From an uncultured Candidatus Poseidoniales archaeon (lineage in GTDB: Archaea > Thermoplasmatota > Poseidoniia > Poseidoniales > Poseidoniaceae): DNA of 32,000 nt. Below the pieces are notes generated by a model. It ran no database searches, was not told the DNA's origin, and saw only the letters and a program-made list of their open reading frames with translations. Position 1 is the stretch's first letter. Each line of letters begins with the position of its first letter. The stretch spans positions 1 through 32,000 of the forward strand of contig CAZWXR010000002.1 of the NCBI GenBank assembly GCA_964637985.1, read 5' to 3'. A program made the translations under genes and the position numbers. Below, one piece after another: positions 16,565 through 25,846 of the stretch.

Positions 16565-17335
16565 TCATTGATTCCCTTCAAATCGATGGCTGAGGGCACT
16601 ATACAGGTTACCAATCGCAGTTGAGGTACGACTTCCCATCCATGTCAAATCCTCGCCATCAATACATTGACACCATGGACGAGACCCCGAGATTGCTTCG
16701 ACTTCATCGCAAATTGCTTCGCCTTCAGAACGTGCAAATTCATGTGGCTCACTCGATAACAACAAACCTTCGATTTGATGTTCAACAATATGTTTTGGCG
16801 TTACAACTGGGTATCCTGTCCCCCCTTGTTCAATCAATGGAACGGTAAAACCGATTGATTCGATGAGTCCGCCCGCATACTTTTCAGGGCTTACTGCCAT
16901 GAGTGGTTCGTGCCAGATGAGGGGTAAAACGATGGGTCGACGAGAGGGAATAACACATTTGTGAAGTGCTGAGTTGATGATTGAAGCAATACTTTCTGCT
17001 TCAGCAGTCCTACCGATGGTCTTGCCAAGTTCGATGAGCATGTTGGGGACATCACTTGGATGATGGACATTGCACACGAAGACCTCGATATGTTTTGACA
17101 AGGCCCACTCATAGACCTCTCTTGGATTCTCATCCCGATCGAGAACGAGTAATGTTGGTTCAAGAGCCTCAATCTTGCCTAAGTTTGGTGTCTTTGTTCC
17201 CCCGACAACTTTGATGTCGTTGACTTCTGGTTTTGGATGAATGCACCACGGTGTCCGGCCAACAATTTCGTTCGTCGTGAGGCCTAAATCAAAAAGAGTG
17301 GCTGTTAAACTTGGAACGAGCGAGACTACCCTCAC
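16565..17335 (-). CDS. Periplasmic-binding-protein type 2 fold (BtuF/FhuD-like, helical-backbone metal receptor) lacking any signal peptide
   Basis: It begins directly with the first beta-strand of the fold, RVVSLVPSLTATLFDLGL...IVGRT, followed by VVGGTKTPNLGKIEALEPTLLVL. GTG start at 17335 with GGTGA 4 nt upstream, 8 nt after the ileS stop. Confidence 0.7.
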   Translation of the reverse strand: MRVVSLVPSLTATLFDLGLTTNEIVGRTPWCIHPKPEVNDIKVVGGTKTPNLGKIEALEPTLLVLDRDENPREVYEWALSKHIEVFVCNVHHPSDVPNMLIELGKTIGRTAEAESIASIINSALHKCVIPSRRPIVLPLIWHEPLMAVSPEKYAGGLIESIGFTVPLIEQGGTGYPVVTPKHIVEHQIEGLLLSSEPHEFARSEGEAICDEVEAISGSRPWCQCIDGEDLTWMGSRTSTAIGNLYSALSHRFEGNQ

Positions 17336-17343
17336 CTGCTCAC

Positions 17344-20300
17344 CTATTCAACGTGAAACCAAACTGTTGCTCCATCGACCTCGAATGAGTCTGTTGTTGA
17401 TTCTGGTTGAGAATTCGGTTGGTAGGTGGCATTCGCTGCTCTAGTTTCCTGATTAATGTAGTTTGAATCGACTTCGAAAAGTTCGGGTGCATTCATCATC
17501 CATATGTGCAGTTCAATCGTCGCCTCCATTGGCAAATCCATTTCTTTTCGCTTTGCCTGAATTCTCCGAGTGATATCCCGTGCGAGACCTTTGGATAGAA
17601 GTTCAGGAGTGTCGTTCATATCGAGGACGAGGCTCATCGAATCGTTCTCACCTTGGTTGACTTGCAACGTCTCAGCAGCAAAGCCCCTTCGCTCAGTCCG
17701 TCGTATTTCGACATCTTCTGGATCGATTTGTACACCTAAAACGGTTGCTTGACCTTGCTGAATTTGTCCGAGGAAAGCATCGACGTCTTCAATTGCACGA
17801 ATTTCTGCAGCCACCGCATTCACTTCCGCTCTCGCCTTCGGGGCTAAGTTTCTGAAATTGGGTTGGAGTTCAACTTTTTGGAATCGGTCAAGGTTTGTCT
17901 CGACTTGAATCGTTTCAACATTCAATTCTTCTTCCAAAATTTCATGGAAATCAGAGAGGTCAGGTCCAGCGACAATCCAGCCTTGGGCACAAGGCAACCG
18001 TTGCCTACGATTGTGATTGACCCGAATACGACGTCCCGATTCAGCAAGTTCGCGCACTAGGCTCATCTTTTCTTCAAGTTCAACATTCTGTGGCGGCAGT
18101 TGTGCAGTTTCTCGAACCAGTGCTTCGTCCCAGTGGTCTGCTGTGGCTCCTTCCGTTAGTCCTGGTGTTCCGGATGGCCAAGGTGCGGTGTGAACAGATG
18201 TTCCTTCGAGATTCTCATGAATTTCATCGACCATGAAAGGAGCGACAGGGGCAACGAGTCGACATACGGTCACAAGAACCTCATGCAATGTATGCTGGCA
18301 CGCAAGTTTGTCATCGCTCTGACCTTCGTCCCAAAGCCTTCTTCGACTACGGCGGACATACCAATTGGAGAGGTCGTTGACAACAAAATCTTCCAATTCC
18401 CTACATGCTTTGTGGAATTCCCAATCCACGAATGATTGATGATAATAGGTGGAGACTGTGTGAAGTCGTGAAAGAATCCACTGGTCAAGGAGTGGTCGTT
18501 TTTCAACTGGATTTGTTTGTGCTTGTGGGTCAAAACCATCCATTGCTGCATAATCCGCATGGAATTTGTAAACGTTCCAAAGGGTTGAGAACATCTTTCC
18601 GTACGTTTCACGGACACCGTTTGGGTCAAACTTGAGTGGGTTCCATGGAGCCCCAGCAGTAACCATGTACCAGCGGGTTGAATCGGCACCTTCGCGATTG
18701 AAATGGTCCCAAGGGTCAACGATGTTCCCCCTTGATTTTGACATCTTTTTCCCCTCTGCATCGAGAATGAGGCCCAACGACAGACATCGTTTGTAACAAA
18801 TCGAATCGAAAACTGTTGTGGAAACTGCAAGCAGTGTGTAGAACCAACCTCGTGTTTGGTCAACACCTTCGCAAATGTAATCGACAGGGAATGTATTAGC
18901 GAATTGTTCACCTCCATCAAATGGATGATGCCACTGTGCAAATGAGGCACAACCTGAGTCAAACCAACAGTCCATGACGAAAGGCTCCCTTTTCATTGGA
19001 AGACCAGTTGATGAGATGAGTGTGAAGCCATCGACAACAGGTCGATGCAGATCGATGTCATCAGGGCATTCAGGATTTTCAAATCCAGCCTCTACAGCAC
19101 GCTTGACTTCGTTTTGCAATTCCTCAATTGACCCTACACATTTCATCTCGCCATCCTCAGAACGCCATACTGGTAGCGGCGTCCCCCAATATCGTTCACG
19201 GGAAATTGCCCAATCTTTGATGTTGCGTAACCATTCTCCAAACCTTCCTTCACCGACCCAATCTGGAGCCCATTCGACTTGGCTGTTGAATTCAAGTAAC
19301 CTCTCTTTCACAGCAGTCATTTTCACGAACCATGAATCCATGGCGTAATACAACAATGGGTGGTCGGTTCGCCAGCAGTGTGGATAATCGTGAGCATAGG
19401 ATTTTTCGCGATACAAGAGGCCGCTTATTGGTCCCTTACCGTTGCTACCGTGTTGACTTGACAAAAGTTCGATGATGGTTTCATCGCAGTCTTTCACATA
19501 ACGACCGTCGAGTTGTGGATGAACGCCCTCTACGAATGCTCCATCCATGCCAACCGTGTGGAAAGCAGGTAGCCCTACTTCCATTCCCAAATTGTAATCA
19601 TCTTCACCGTACATGACCGCTGTGTGCACCACGCCTGTTCCATCTGTGGTCGTGACCCAATCAGCAGACAAGACGGTCCATGCCGTGGTAGAATCACCTC
19701 GAGGAACTGCATTCGGAAAGAGTGGTTCATAGGCCTTGCCAACAAGGGATGAGCCGTTGAATTCTTCAACAATTTCCACATGGTGGCGAAGCACTTCTTT
19801 CATGAGGTCCTTCGCTAGAATGAATTCTTCACCAACATGTGCTCCGCCTGCCCCTTCCCAGTGTTCGGAATCTGCAGTTACCCGAACCCGTACATAGGTG
19901 ACATCTGGGCCAACCGCCAAGCCGACGTTGCCAGGCAGCGTCCAAGGCGTTGTTGTCCAAGCCAAGATGTGGGCATCATCATCAACGAGTTTGAATTTAA
20001 CATAGACCGATGGTTCCTCAACTTCTTTGTAACCAAGGGCTACTTCGTGGCTTGAATATGATGTTCCGGTTTGTGGACAATAAGGAAGGACTTTGTATCC
20101 ACGGTAAAGTAATCCTTTGTCGAACATCTGTTTCATTGCCCACCAACAAGATTCGACATATTCGTTGTGAAGGGTCACATATGGATTGTCTAAATCCACC
20201 CAGTATGCCATTCTTTCTGTCATCTCTCGCCAAGCTGATTCATAGGTCCATACGGACTCTCTGCATGCATCGTTAAATTCCTGCATACCAAATTCCTCAA

Positions 20301-20625
20301 TGGCTTGGTTGCTCATGAGATTGAGGCGCTTTTGCACTTCGATTTCAACAGGTAGACCGTGAGTATCCCAACCTCCTTTCCGTTCAACAAGAAACCCTTC
20401 CATTGCTTTCCAACGGCAAACCAAATCTTTGTAGGTGCGTGCAACGACGTGATGGATGCCAGGTTTCCCGTTGGCTGTAGGTGGCCCTTCCAAGAAAATG
20501 AACGGGGCACCTTCCCTTCGAACATCAATGGATTGCTGGAAGGTTTGCTCTTCATGCCATCGCTTCAAAAGACTGTTTTCAAGGTCCACCGGATGAAGTT
20601 CTCCGACGGGTTTCGGTTGAGGCAT
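17344..20625 (-). CDS. ileS: Isoleucine--tRNA ligase
   Basis: PPTANGKPGIHHV (HIGH region), GWDTHGLPVE, KKMSKSRGN (KMSKS), CP1 editing insertion, about 1093 aa. The ATG at 20625 gives an N-terminus MPQPKPVGELHPVDLENSLLKRW typical for the family. The track start at 20718 is a TTG adding 31 unlikely residues. Confidence 0.93.
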   Translation of the reverse strand: MPQPKPVGELHPVDLENSLLKRWHEEQTFQQSIDVRREGAPFIFLEGPPTANGKPGIHHVVARTYKDLVCRWKAMEGFLVERKGGWDTHGLPVEIEVQKRLNLMSNQAIEEFGMQEFNDACRESVWTYESAWREMTERMAYWVDLDNPYVTLHNEYVESCWWAMKQMFDKGLLYRGYKVLPYCPQTGTSYSSHEVALGYKEVEEPSVYVKFKLVDDDAHILAWTTTPWTLPGNVGLAVGPDVTYVRVRVTADSEHWEGAGGAHVGEEFILAKDLMKEVLRHHVEIVEEFNGSSLVGKAYEPLFPNAVPRGDSTTAWTVLSADWVTTTDGTGVVHTAVMYGEDDYNLGMEVGLPAFHTVGMDGAFVEGVHPQLDGRYVKDCDETIIELLSSQHGSNGKGPISGLLYREKSYAHDYPHCWRTDHPLLYYAMDSWFVKMTAVKERLLEFNSQVEWAPDWVGEGRFGEWLRNIKDWAISRERYWGTPLPVWRSEDGEMKCVGSIEELQNEVKRAVEAGFENPECPDDIDLHRPVVDGFTLISSTGLPMKREPFVMDCWFDSGCASFAQWHHPFDGGEQFANTFPVDYICEGVDQTRGWFYTLLAVSTTVFDSICYKRCLSLGLILDAEGKKMSKSRGNIVDPWDHFNREGADSTRWYMVTAGAPWNPLKFDPNGVRETYGKMFSTLWNVYKFHADYAAMDGFDPQAQTNPVEKRPLLDQWILSRLHTVSTYYHQSFVDWEFHKACRELEDFVVNDLSNWYVRRSRRRLWDEGQSDDKLACQHTLHEVLVTVCRLVAPVAPFMVDEIHENLEGTSVHTAPWPSGTPGLTEGATADHWDEALVRETAQLPPQNVELEEKMSLVRELAESGRRIRVNHNRRQRLPCAQGWIVAGPDLSDFHEILEEELNVETIQVETNLDRFQKVELQPNFRNLAPKARAEVNAVAAEIRAIEDVDAFLGQIQQGQATVLGVQIDPEDVEIRRTERRGFAAETLQVNQGENDSMSLVLDMNDTPELLSKGLARDITRRIQAKRKEMDLPMEATIELHIWMMNAPELFEVDSNYINQETRAANATYQPNSQPESTTDSFEVDGATVWFHVE

Positions 20626-20734
20626 AACCGAAGCCAACCAAGCCGATTTCTTCAAAATTCCTCTGCTGTCGAGAAAAAATTTACCAATTGAAAATAGCGT
20701 TTCATTCAAGACCTTCAAAGTTTAGGCTTCATTC

Positions 20735-23700
20735 ATGGCGGGTAGGTCTCGTGCTTGGAGCGCACTTTTCATCACCTTTGTGTTCCTCTTTTCATCGCAG
20801 GCAATCATGCTCACCGATACCGAAATGTCCTACCTCAAGAATGAACCAAGACCTCGATTATCTGCTGCCGATCAATCGGCTAATCTTACCCTTAATCCAG
20901 CCTCGCCAAACTCAAATTTCAAAATCAATCTTCCAGAAGGAGAGCCGCTCACCTCTGCCTCAATAGAAATTGAACCTTACGCAACAGCAATGCATTCAGG
21001 GTTCATTTGGGATGATAACAGCATATGGTCCCACAGCGACGCCACCAACGGGGGCGTAAGCATTCAAGGAAATCTAATGACGGGCACTTCTGCTGGAAAC
21101 CTATGGGACTTCAACAACGGCAATCAAGGATGGACCTTTTCTGGCTACGGTGCCCGAGTGACTTCCCCTTCTTGTGGTTTGAATGGAAGCACTGGTGGTT
21201 CAATTCGGACGTATGCGGGTTCTTCATACGCTACTTCGCCTGTCCTCAATCTCGCTGGAGGAAGCAATATTCCATTCCATGCTTGGGTGCGACAAGGCTC
21301 GAGTGGATGCGGTGAAGAGCCGGATAGCAACGAAAACCTCTACCTTCAATACAAAACGAGTTCAAATTCATGGACCACGTTTCAAACCTTCCAAGGTTCA
21401 ACGTCTGGAGGCACTGTCACCAATGTGGTGTACAACCTGCCCGCTGCAGCACTCCACTCAACATCGCAATTCCGAATCTATCAAAACTCTGGAAGCGGGA
21501 CATGTTGTGATTACTGGTTTGTTGATGACGTCCATATCGTCTCACCGCCCCAATCAAATTGGACGAGTCCGTCGTTGGGTTGGCAATCCGGGTCGACGCA
21601 GATGCTTTCCCGAAATTCGTATGCTCCAATCTTCATCGAGGCTGAGATTCCTCAAGATGCGTACCTAAACTGGACTGTTCTCGATGCGAGCGGATTGCCG
21701 ATTCCAGGTCTCCGAGGTTCGAATACACTTGTGATTCCTATGGAAGGCATCGACCATGACGTGTATCCAACATTCCGAATCCATCTTGAATTAACTGGTT
21801 CATCCAACGGCATGCCTACGCTTTACACGATTACTGGTGATGGTAGTTTGGAAGAACATTTCTACACCGACCCTGTCCTACGGCATTGGGAATTGAACGG
21901 TAGTTTGTACAATGCCGTGACAAATGTTGTCACCGGTGGGGCTTCAGATGAACTTATTTCCCCATGGTACCTATCGCACATGCCACTGTACGGCGCCCAA
22001 GTATCAGGTATCTCTTCCAATGCCTTGATTCAATATCGAACAGGTCCAAATGATGTATGGAACAACATCACACTCCCTCACAGTTTCAACATTTCAGGTC
22101 AAATGAGCGGTGTTCAATACCGCATCTCATCCTTGGTCCCAGCAAACGGTAATTGGCAATTGAACGAACTTTCTCACACGTTTTACGGTGGTCTTCAACC
22201 AACGCTGCCCGCTCTCGACCTCGCTTTAGACGGCAGATATGAATGGGGCGGAGGCGACGAACGTGTTGGCATGTGGGGTTGGCAGAATACCTTTGTCAAC
22301 AAAAACACAGCATACACAGTGTCCGTTTCGAACGGCAACCCAAGTAACCTTGCGTTCTGGGTCCCAAGAGATTCAATGAAATCACTCTCTCTGTCCTTTG
22401 TTGCATCGACAGGGCATGTTGAGGCTCTCATCTTTTCTGTACAAGGTCAAACCCTTGTGACAAAATCCTTTGGAAGCGGTGTTGAGAACGGTCTCATCCA
22501 ATTGAACGGTTCGGAGTTCCAATCAATATCTGATGCACTTTATGGCCTCGCATCCTCGGTCGAAGTGCTCGGCACGATGTATGCAGAAGTCCAAGTTGAA
22601 GTTGTTGGAAACGGCATGGTCACCTTTTCAGGTTTGAGTGCACCACACCATGCTCAAACAATGGTGAGTGCAGGGCCAACCTCTTCATTTGTCATGGGCA
22701 TCAATGAAGCAAGATATGGTGTTGTTTCAACTGGTGGTACCGACGAGGTTGCGTTACCATTCGTAGCACAATCACGGGGTGGCCTACGAGTGAGCGTTGC
22801 CGATATCGTGACCTCCAGTACTGTTGAACTGGTCAGTGGTCAAATGCAAGACCAAGTCAACGTCCTCACGCCAAGTGAACGCTGGCACACTATCGAAACG
22901 GAGTACACTGTCCTCGGCGGCAACATCCAATATGTCCGTCTCGACGTGTATGGAACTCTTCATCATGCGACTGTCCTCTATCAACTCGATGGCAATCCTA
23001 TCATCGAAGTTGGGAACAGCGATGCGATCATCCTTCCGGAGTTGAATTTGTTTACACACGATGTGAACGGCACCAAAGTTGTGAGTTCTGCAACATTCCG
23101 AATTGCACCTATCTGGGACGATGAGATGATGTTGAGTGCAAGTCTTCGGCTTGTGATGACCAATGGCGTCGCATCGATACCATTTGTTCAAACATGGGGT
23201 TCTCCATCTTCACAAGGGTATGAAAATGACCTTCTGATTCGCTCAGTTTCGTTCACAACAACAGATGGACCTGCTCTGCCATCACAACAATATCTCAAAG
23301 GGGGGGAGCCTCTTGACCTCAGCATCCAAATCGGATTTGAGGGTGTGGAAACAGAAGATGCCTTCCCGAGTGGCTTTGGTGAAGTTCAACTTTGGAGAGG
23401 TGAAACCCTCGTGGCCAACACCACTTCACTCGATGGAACATATTGGAATTACACCGATACGATTCCATTCACATATGCTGACGTCGTGTGGACTGTAAAG
23501 CTCGTTTCTATGAATGGTTCACACATTGGTCTACCATCAGAGCTTACACGAACATTTACCGTTGATTCAGTGCGACCAAAAGTAATGGAAACCAATCTCC
23601 CTCACTACGGGTATCGATCGCCAAGCCCGACACAAACCCTCCAAGTCACCATTCGTGACCAGCCGGTTTTGCCTACCAATGTCACACCTATGGTGTGGAG

Positions 23701-25822
23701 AGAATGGCTCAATGATTACAATATGAATAGTTGGCCAGATGAAGACGAATATGTACCAATGACATTCAACATGCCATACAACCTTTCAACACTGACAGGA
23801 TTGTACACATTGCAACTTGACGATACTGCCGGACAACTTGGGCACAAAATTGCGATGTATATCGTCGGAACAGACCCTTCAGGCTACAACATACAAGACG
23901 GCGGTGGTCCAGAATATGACCAGCATCTTGTGATGTACCAACTTGGTGTTTCAGCCACACCCAAAGTAGAACCAGACGCATTTAATTGGGAGGGCGGACG
24001 AAAAGCATGGCTACATCCTCAGGAAAAATACACTCTCAATGTGGATGTCAATGAACCGAATGGTGCTTCAGACCTTGCAGTTGTTGACGTTGCCCTTGCC
24101 TCAAATCAAGGTAGCGATTCAATGACTGTTTCATGGAGTTTTGAGACAGGCAACTGTACAACCACCTCGACGCATTTGATCATTGATGATTGTGAGATGA
24201 AGAGCAAAGATGGTGGAGCTGCGGGACCTTATGAAACCGATATGGTGCTTAGTATTGAGTTCCATCTCAGTTGGAACACACCTGACCTCGGTGAGACAAG
24301 GCGAGAACCTTCGATTCGAATTGAAGACCGAAGCGGGCTTGATGTTCTTCGCACCTTCCCCGAAAAACGCTGGCGATTTTCGTCGAACATGATGATTCCA
24401 GAAGAATCTGTTCAGTTGCATCTCTCTGCAGGTTCATTCCTCGGTGACGGTGCGCGAGTCGTTCCAAACACACCGATGGAAATTTCAGGAGGTTTGGTGT
24501 TCTCAGAAACAAATTCAGTTCCAGCATTTGACTGCGATGTCAACATTCTATTCGCAGGCCGGACCATTATTGCGACGGCAAAGGAAGGCATTTGGTCCTC
24601 CGAATTGACAGCACCTCCTGCTTCAGGCGAAGTTCCGCTCACATGGGCAGTTGACTGTATCAAAGGACAAGGGCAGGATGTCACCGAGAAAGAATCGTCT
24701 GTGAAATGGATACTTGTGGACGGTATTGGGCCGGAACCAGTCGAAGTGCTCTCCCCAAGACCAAAAGCAATACTCACGGCCGGTGGGCATGATGTTCTCA
24801 TCACGGTCAATGAAATCGGAGGGCTTGATGTACAATCACTTCAAATTCGCTGGGAAGTTGCAGATTATGAATCCGGGGAAGTTTTGAGAGACGGCGTCGA
24901 ACCTGTTCTCCTTGAAAGCGAGCAACAAGATGGACTCATGCTCGAACTATCATCAAATTTCAATTTATCAGAAATTAGTCGTGAGATGCTCATTGACCGT
25001 TTGGTTGTTCATTTGTATCTCGAGGGTCGAGACCTCGCAGGAAACAACGTCATCGGCATTGCAGGGCAGGCACCAAATCAACCTATTCAAACTTGGAATA
25101 TGGAGTGGTTGCAACCTGAATTTGAAATCAATTCTGCAGGAATAGCCTATTCACGACTGCTCGTTGATGTTGGGCAAACCACAGCAGTCACCGTCGAAGT
25201 TTCGAATTCGGGAACGTTAGATGGTGAGGTCGAATTAAACATCTACTGGGTTGAACTTACCGAAGAATCAAGCTTGCTTCAGCGAGTGACCGTCTTTGTT
25301 CCAGAGGGCGGTGTTGGCTCAGCAACGCTCGATTGGGGGCCTGAGCGTCCAGGCGTTCAATGGATTGAGGTTGAACTTGCCAATGGTGAAACAGCGAGTG
25401 GACCGACAATCGATGTCCGTGTTCCAGAGGAATTAACCCTCTCAGAAAAGGTGTTTGGAGATGCCAATCCAATTCTCGGTTCAATTGCGGGTTTACTTTT
25501 CATTGGTGTCTTGCTGACATCACTTGTCTGGCTGATTCGCTTGACAGGTAATCGTGGCTCCAAAGATGCATATGACTGGGATGAGTACTCATCTGAATAT
25601 GAGGAAGAAGAAGAAATCGACGAAGAACGCTTTGAAGAATTGAGCAATCGCAAAGAGGTCCCAGAAATAGCATCAGCAGCATCGAGTGCAGCAGCAGTTT
25701 CCGACAACACCGAGGAGACCGATTGGGTGATGGGTGCTGATGGATACTGGTGGTATCACGACAAAGAATCGAACGAGTGGTGGTACAAAGACGCTGATGG
25801 TAACATTGTAAAACATCCATAA
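20735..25822 (+). CDS. Giant (1695 aa) secreted surface protein: signal peptide, MAM/ConA-like domain, multiple beta-sandwich domains, CARDB-like domain, C-terminal TM anchor, 94-aa acidic/Trp-rich cytoplasmic tail
   Basis: N-terminal signal WSALFITFVFLFSSQA. MAM-like segment (about 21095-21538) NLWDFNNGNQGWTF...ATSPVL...LYLQYKTSSNSWTTFQTF...FRIYQNSGSGTCCDYWFVDDVHI. CARDB-like segment LVDVGQTTAVTVEVSNSGTLDGEVELNIYWV...GSATLDWGPERPGVQWIEVEL. TM ILGSIAGLLFIGVLLTSLVWLI (25472-25537). Confidence 0.8.
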   Translation: MAGRSRAWSALFITFVFLFSSQAIMLTDTEMSYLKNEPRPRLSAADQSANLTLNPASPNSNFKINLPEGEPLTSASIEIEPYATAMHSGFIWDDNSIWSHSDATNGGVSIQGNLMTGTSAGNLWDFNNGNQGWTFSGYGARVTSPSCGLNGSTGGSIRTYAGSSYATSPVLNLAGGSNIPFHAWVRQGSSGCGEEPDSNENLYLQYKTSSNSWTTFQTFQGSTSGGTVTNVVYNLPAAALHSTSQFRIYQNSGSGTCCDYWFVDDVHIVSPPQSNWTSPSLGWQSGSTQMLSRNSYAPIFIEAEIPQDAYLNWTVLDASGLPIPGLRGSNTLVIPMEGIDHDVYPTFRIHLELTGSSNGMPTLYTITGDGSLEEHFYTDPVLRHWELNGSLYNAVTNVVTGGASDELISPWYLSHMPLYGAQVSGISSNALIQYRTGPNDVWNNITLPHSFNISGQMSGVQYRISSLVPANGNWQLNELSHTFYGGLQPTLPALDLALDGRYEWGGGDERVGMWGWQNTFVNKNTAYTVSVSNGNPSNLAFWVPRDSMKSLSLSFVASTGHVEALIFSVQGQTLVTKSFGSGVENGLIQLNGSEFQSISDALYGLASSVEVLGTMYAEVQVEVVGNGMVTFSGLSAPHHAQTMVSAGPTSSFVMGINEARYGVVSTGGTDEVALPFVAQSRGGLRVSVADIVTSSTVELVSGQMQDQVNVLTPSERWHTIETEYTVLGGNIQYVRLDVYGTLHHATVLYQLDGNPIIEVGNSDAIILPELNLFTHDVNGTKVVSSATFRIAPIWDDEMMLSASLRLVMTNGVASIPFVQTWGSPSSQGYENDLLIRSVSFTTTDGPALPSQQYLKGGEPLDLSIQIGFEGVETEDAFPSGFGEVQLWRGETLVANTTSLDGTYWNYTDTIPFTYADVVWTVKLVSMNGSHIGLPSELTRTFTVDSVRPKVMETNLPHYGYRSPSPTQTLQVTIRDQPVLPTNVTPMVWREWLNDYNMNSWPDEDEYVPMTFNMPYNLSTLTGLYTLQLDDTAGQLGHKIAMYIVGTDPSGYNIQDGGGPEYDQHLVMYQLGVSATPKVEPDAFNWEGGRKAWLHPQEKYTLNVDVNEPNGASDLAVVDVALASNQGSDSMTVSWSFETGNCTTTSTHLIIDDCEMKSKDGGAAGPYETDMVLSIEFHLSWNTPDLGETRREPSIRIEDRSGLDVLRTFPEKRWRFSSNMMIPEESVQLHLSAGSFLGDGARVVPNTPMEISGGLVFSETNSVPAFDCDVNILFAGRTIIATAKEGIWSSELTAPPASGEVPLTWAVDCIKGQGQDVTEKESSVKWILVDGIGPEPVEVLSPRPKAILTAGGHDVLITVNEIGGLDVQSLQIRWEVADYESGEVLRDGVEPVLLESEQQDGLMLELSSNFNLSEISREMLIDRLVVHLYLEGRDLAGNNVIGIAGQAPNQPIQTWNMEWLQPEFEINSAGIAYSRLLVDVGQTTAVTVEVSNSGTLDGEVELNIYWVELTEESSLLQRVTVFVPEGGVGSATLDWGPERPGVQWIEVELANGETASGPTIDVRVPEELTLSEKVFGDANPILGSIAGLLFIGVLLTSLVWLIRLTGNRGSKDAYDWDEYSSEYEEEEEIDEERFEELSNRKEVPEIASAASSAAAVSDNTEETDWVMGADGYWWYHDKESNEWWYKDADGNIVKHP

Positions 25823-25846
25823 GCGTCGAAAAAATGAGGTGTCTTG

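Noticed and set aside
18270-18962. Long alternative-frame or antisense ORFs inside confirmed genes: 18270-18962 and 19575-19781 in ileS, 5000-5458 in cysS, 5925-6431 opposite the amidohydrolase, 21183-21668 and 24412-24810 in the giant gene, 712-1125 in mutY, and 12405-12698 in the ZIP gene.
   Set aside because: Each is fully embedded in a gene whose product has clear family motifs. Their translations are low-complexity or Arg/Ser/Cys-rich with no recognisable motif, and they lack SD or promoter context. They are most simply frame shadows.
17344-20625. A possible intein or large insertion in IleRS, considered because of its length.
   Set aside because: About 1093 aa is within the normal range for this IleRS type. 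No Cys/Ser...His-Asn-Cys splice-junction blocks or homing-endonuclease motifs were seen.
20626-20718. A 31-codon N-terminal extension of ileS proposed by the ORF track (start at 20718).
   Set aside because: The start codon is TTG, and the added peptide (MKVLNETLFSIGKFF...) has no counterpart in IleRS. The ATG at 20625 gives a typical IleRS N-terminus. The region is better treated as the 109-bp divergent promoter region shared with the giant gene.
25598-25645. A GAA/GAG-rich run, plus the CAT/CAC-rich run at 12565-12620, considered as possible microsatellites or slippage-prone repeats.
   Set aside because: Both are in frame and encode the poly-Glu cytoplasmic tail and the His-rich ZIP loop. 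The codons are mixed rather than perfect tandem repeats.
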